Part shown: positions 61,941 through 64,000 of the stretch, piece after piece
Layout: the number at the start of each line of letters is the position of its first letter
Position numbering within the stretch: position 1 is the first letter of the stretch
Source: Hemiscyllium ocellatum
Taxonomy: Eukaryota
Direction: 5' to 3'
Assembly: GCF_020745735.1 (NCBI RefSeq)
Contig: NC_083417.1
Span: 49,972,001-50,036,000 of the forward strand
DNA length: 64,000 nt
Notes under the pieces: generated by a model
Seen by the model: only the letters and a program-made list of their open reading frames with translations
Told to the model about the DNA's origin: nothing
Database searches by the model: none
Program-made: the position numbers and the translations under genes

Positions 61941-64000
61941 GTAAGCAAGCAATAGTAAAGTTAGCCCGATGTCTTAATACAATGTGAAACTTCAATTCAA
62001 CCCAGGTGGCAGACTGTCTGCTTCTTTGCTAAGGGACAGTTTTGTATTTTGGATGGGATAATAAGAGGGTGAAGTTCAGGCAATGGTTTAAATCTTAAAG
62101 AGGTGCCTGTCCCTCATGTCCACCTGGCAATTACTGAAGTTCTGGATGAAGTACCCACACATCCCACAAACACAGAGTCTGGTAGAAAACATTTGTGCAC
62201 TTGTCCCATTTCACTGTCGCCGCATCTCCCACCAAACACAAGTTATGATTGTAGAAACTGTCTTGTCTTCCATTTTGTGAGGGTGACTAAGGGCCTGAGA
62301 GAATGCAAAATGGGCCATAAATGATATAGCATAGTTCAAAACTGGGACAGTTTAAGGGAGAAATTCAGAGGTGTATTTAGATAGAAGACTTTTGTGGAAT
62401 TTTCAAGTTATCTAATATCTCTAGATCCTAATGTATTGGATTTGCTCCTAAGAATGAGTTAATTGACTGAATAAGGATGAACCAAAGAGTCAAAGAATTT
62501 TACATAGAAAAAGACCATCAAGCCAGTACCAATTCTTTATTGGAGCAATCTAAAACTAATCCCGCTGTGACCACTCCTTTCTGTAACCATACATCAGTCT
62601 GTTTTAAATACTAAAGAGAATCCTGTGCTAAAAATCTTAACACTTGTCAATACATAGGAGTTCAGAGTTTGTTGCACGCTGTAAATTTAGATTTAACAGG
62701 CAAAGACTGAGATTCTTACCTCCAGTGATGGGACAGCCCAGTACGGGTAATTCTGGCCTCTCATGACCTGACCCAGGAGAAATTGCTTTGGAAGCACTGA
62801 TTCAGATTCGGGGAGCTAGGTTTTATAGGAACGGTGGTGGATGACCCTTGAAACAGTGTTGAAGCTGCAAGGTGAAGAGCTGGGCTGTGAGGACCTGTAC
62901 AGGTCTACCTGTACTTTGTTTATGATATGGAAACAAAACAGTAAAACAATAAACAGCTTTCCAAATCTCATCTCTCACCCCCATGAAACCCAATCCACAA
63001 TTCTTATGCTCTCTCTTCCCCTCCATGCCAAATTATTCTCCTCTATCTAACCCCATCATAATCTAACCCCATTATTTATTACTTAGTTGAGACACCCACC
63101 ACTGGATTCTCTACTATCTACCAAAAGCCTAAGTTCACTGGTTTACTACACGTGATGAAGTTCCTATAGTTCAACGGGTACAAAATCACCTTTATCCACA
63201 ATCTCATGAATGGGACCCTAGCAATCTACTCACCGTATAATCTTGATACTAAGATTGGGCATATCAAAGTTATCCTGTAAAGTAATGGCTATCTAGATGA
63301 AAACTCATGAAAGGATGTGGCCACCACTTTTGTCACAAACAGTGCCCAGTAACGTCTGACAATCCTGAAAGGGGAAGATATCTTAAAATTTGAACAACAG
63401 GTGAAGCTGGCTGTCTCATGCTATTTTTTTGTAGTAAATACGAGTGGTGCCTACCACCAACAGATTTTGTAGTCAAGCTAACAATATGTTTTGCCAGCAC
63501 GTACAAGAATGATGTGAGTTGTAGGTTTTGGTGTTGGTGTGATGTTGGGTGGATAGGTATATATGCATCCAAATGGCTGGTGACCCATATAAAATGGCAC
63601 ATCTATTTAACTGATTGCAGTGCCCAGCATACTGATCATGCTTAGACAGCCTGTGTTCGCAAATTTAAGAATTCATAATTCCACTTCAAAAAGAGTTTAT
63701 AACGACTTGGAACTATCAATGAAATGCAGCTCATTGTTATAATTCAAGGTTATAAAATCAGCAATGCCATTACTTATCCCTGTATTGATAGTCCAAAGGT
63801 TTATGCCAACAGGCAGAGTGAGTAAAATAGCAAGTACTGATTTTTTTTTAAATACAGCAGATGGTTTCTTCCTCAACCCCCATCAAATATTTTAAAAAGT
63901 AGGAATGTTAGATTCCTTAATATCTCTCTTGACAACTTCAATATGTTTAAGCACTTTATTCTCACACACAAGTCTACCTTTAACAATTCTAAAGGCCAAC

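Overview
AT-rich vertebrate genomic DNA. The repeat content (HE1-type V-SINEs, a Deu-domain SINE, abundant CR1 LINEs) points to a shark or other cartilaginous fish; this is an inference. The whole window lies inside one + strand gene, an SLC6 monoamine transporter that best matches slc6a2 (noradrenaline transporter). Six coding exons (104, 125, 113, 129, 100 and 101 nt; TM6-TM11; 224 codons) join in frame through canonical GT-AG introns of 5-14 kb. The introns hold nested transposable elements: CR1 LINEs, three SINE families, an internally deleted Gypsy-type LTR element, solo LTRs and a TA-target MITE. Most ORFs in the supplied track are TE remnants or chance ORFs. Two patterns stand out. (1) About ten short Penelope-like insertions from at least four subfamilies carry minimal hammerhead ribozyme motifs and often fold back into long hairpins with 10-16 bp target duplications. 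(2) One short motif in both LTRs of the Gypsy element (TCTGACACTCCTGTTTT) has been hit repeatedly by A-tailed retroposon ends and by A-tailed copies of its own downstream flank. This suggests a sequence-specific LINE that targets an LTR retrotransposon. The transporter also has Tyr at the TM6 gate position, which is Phe in human NET, DAT and SERT.
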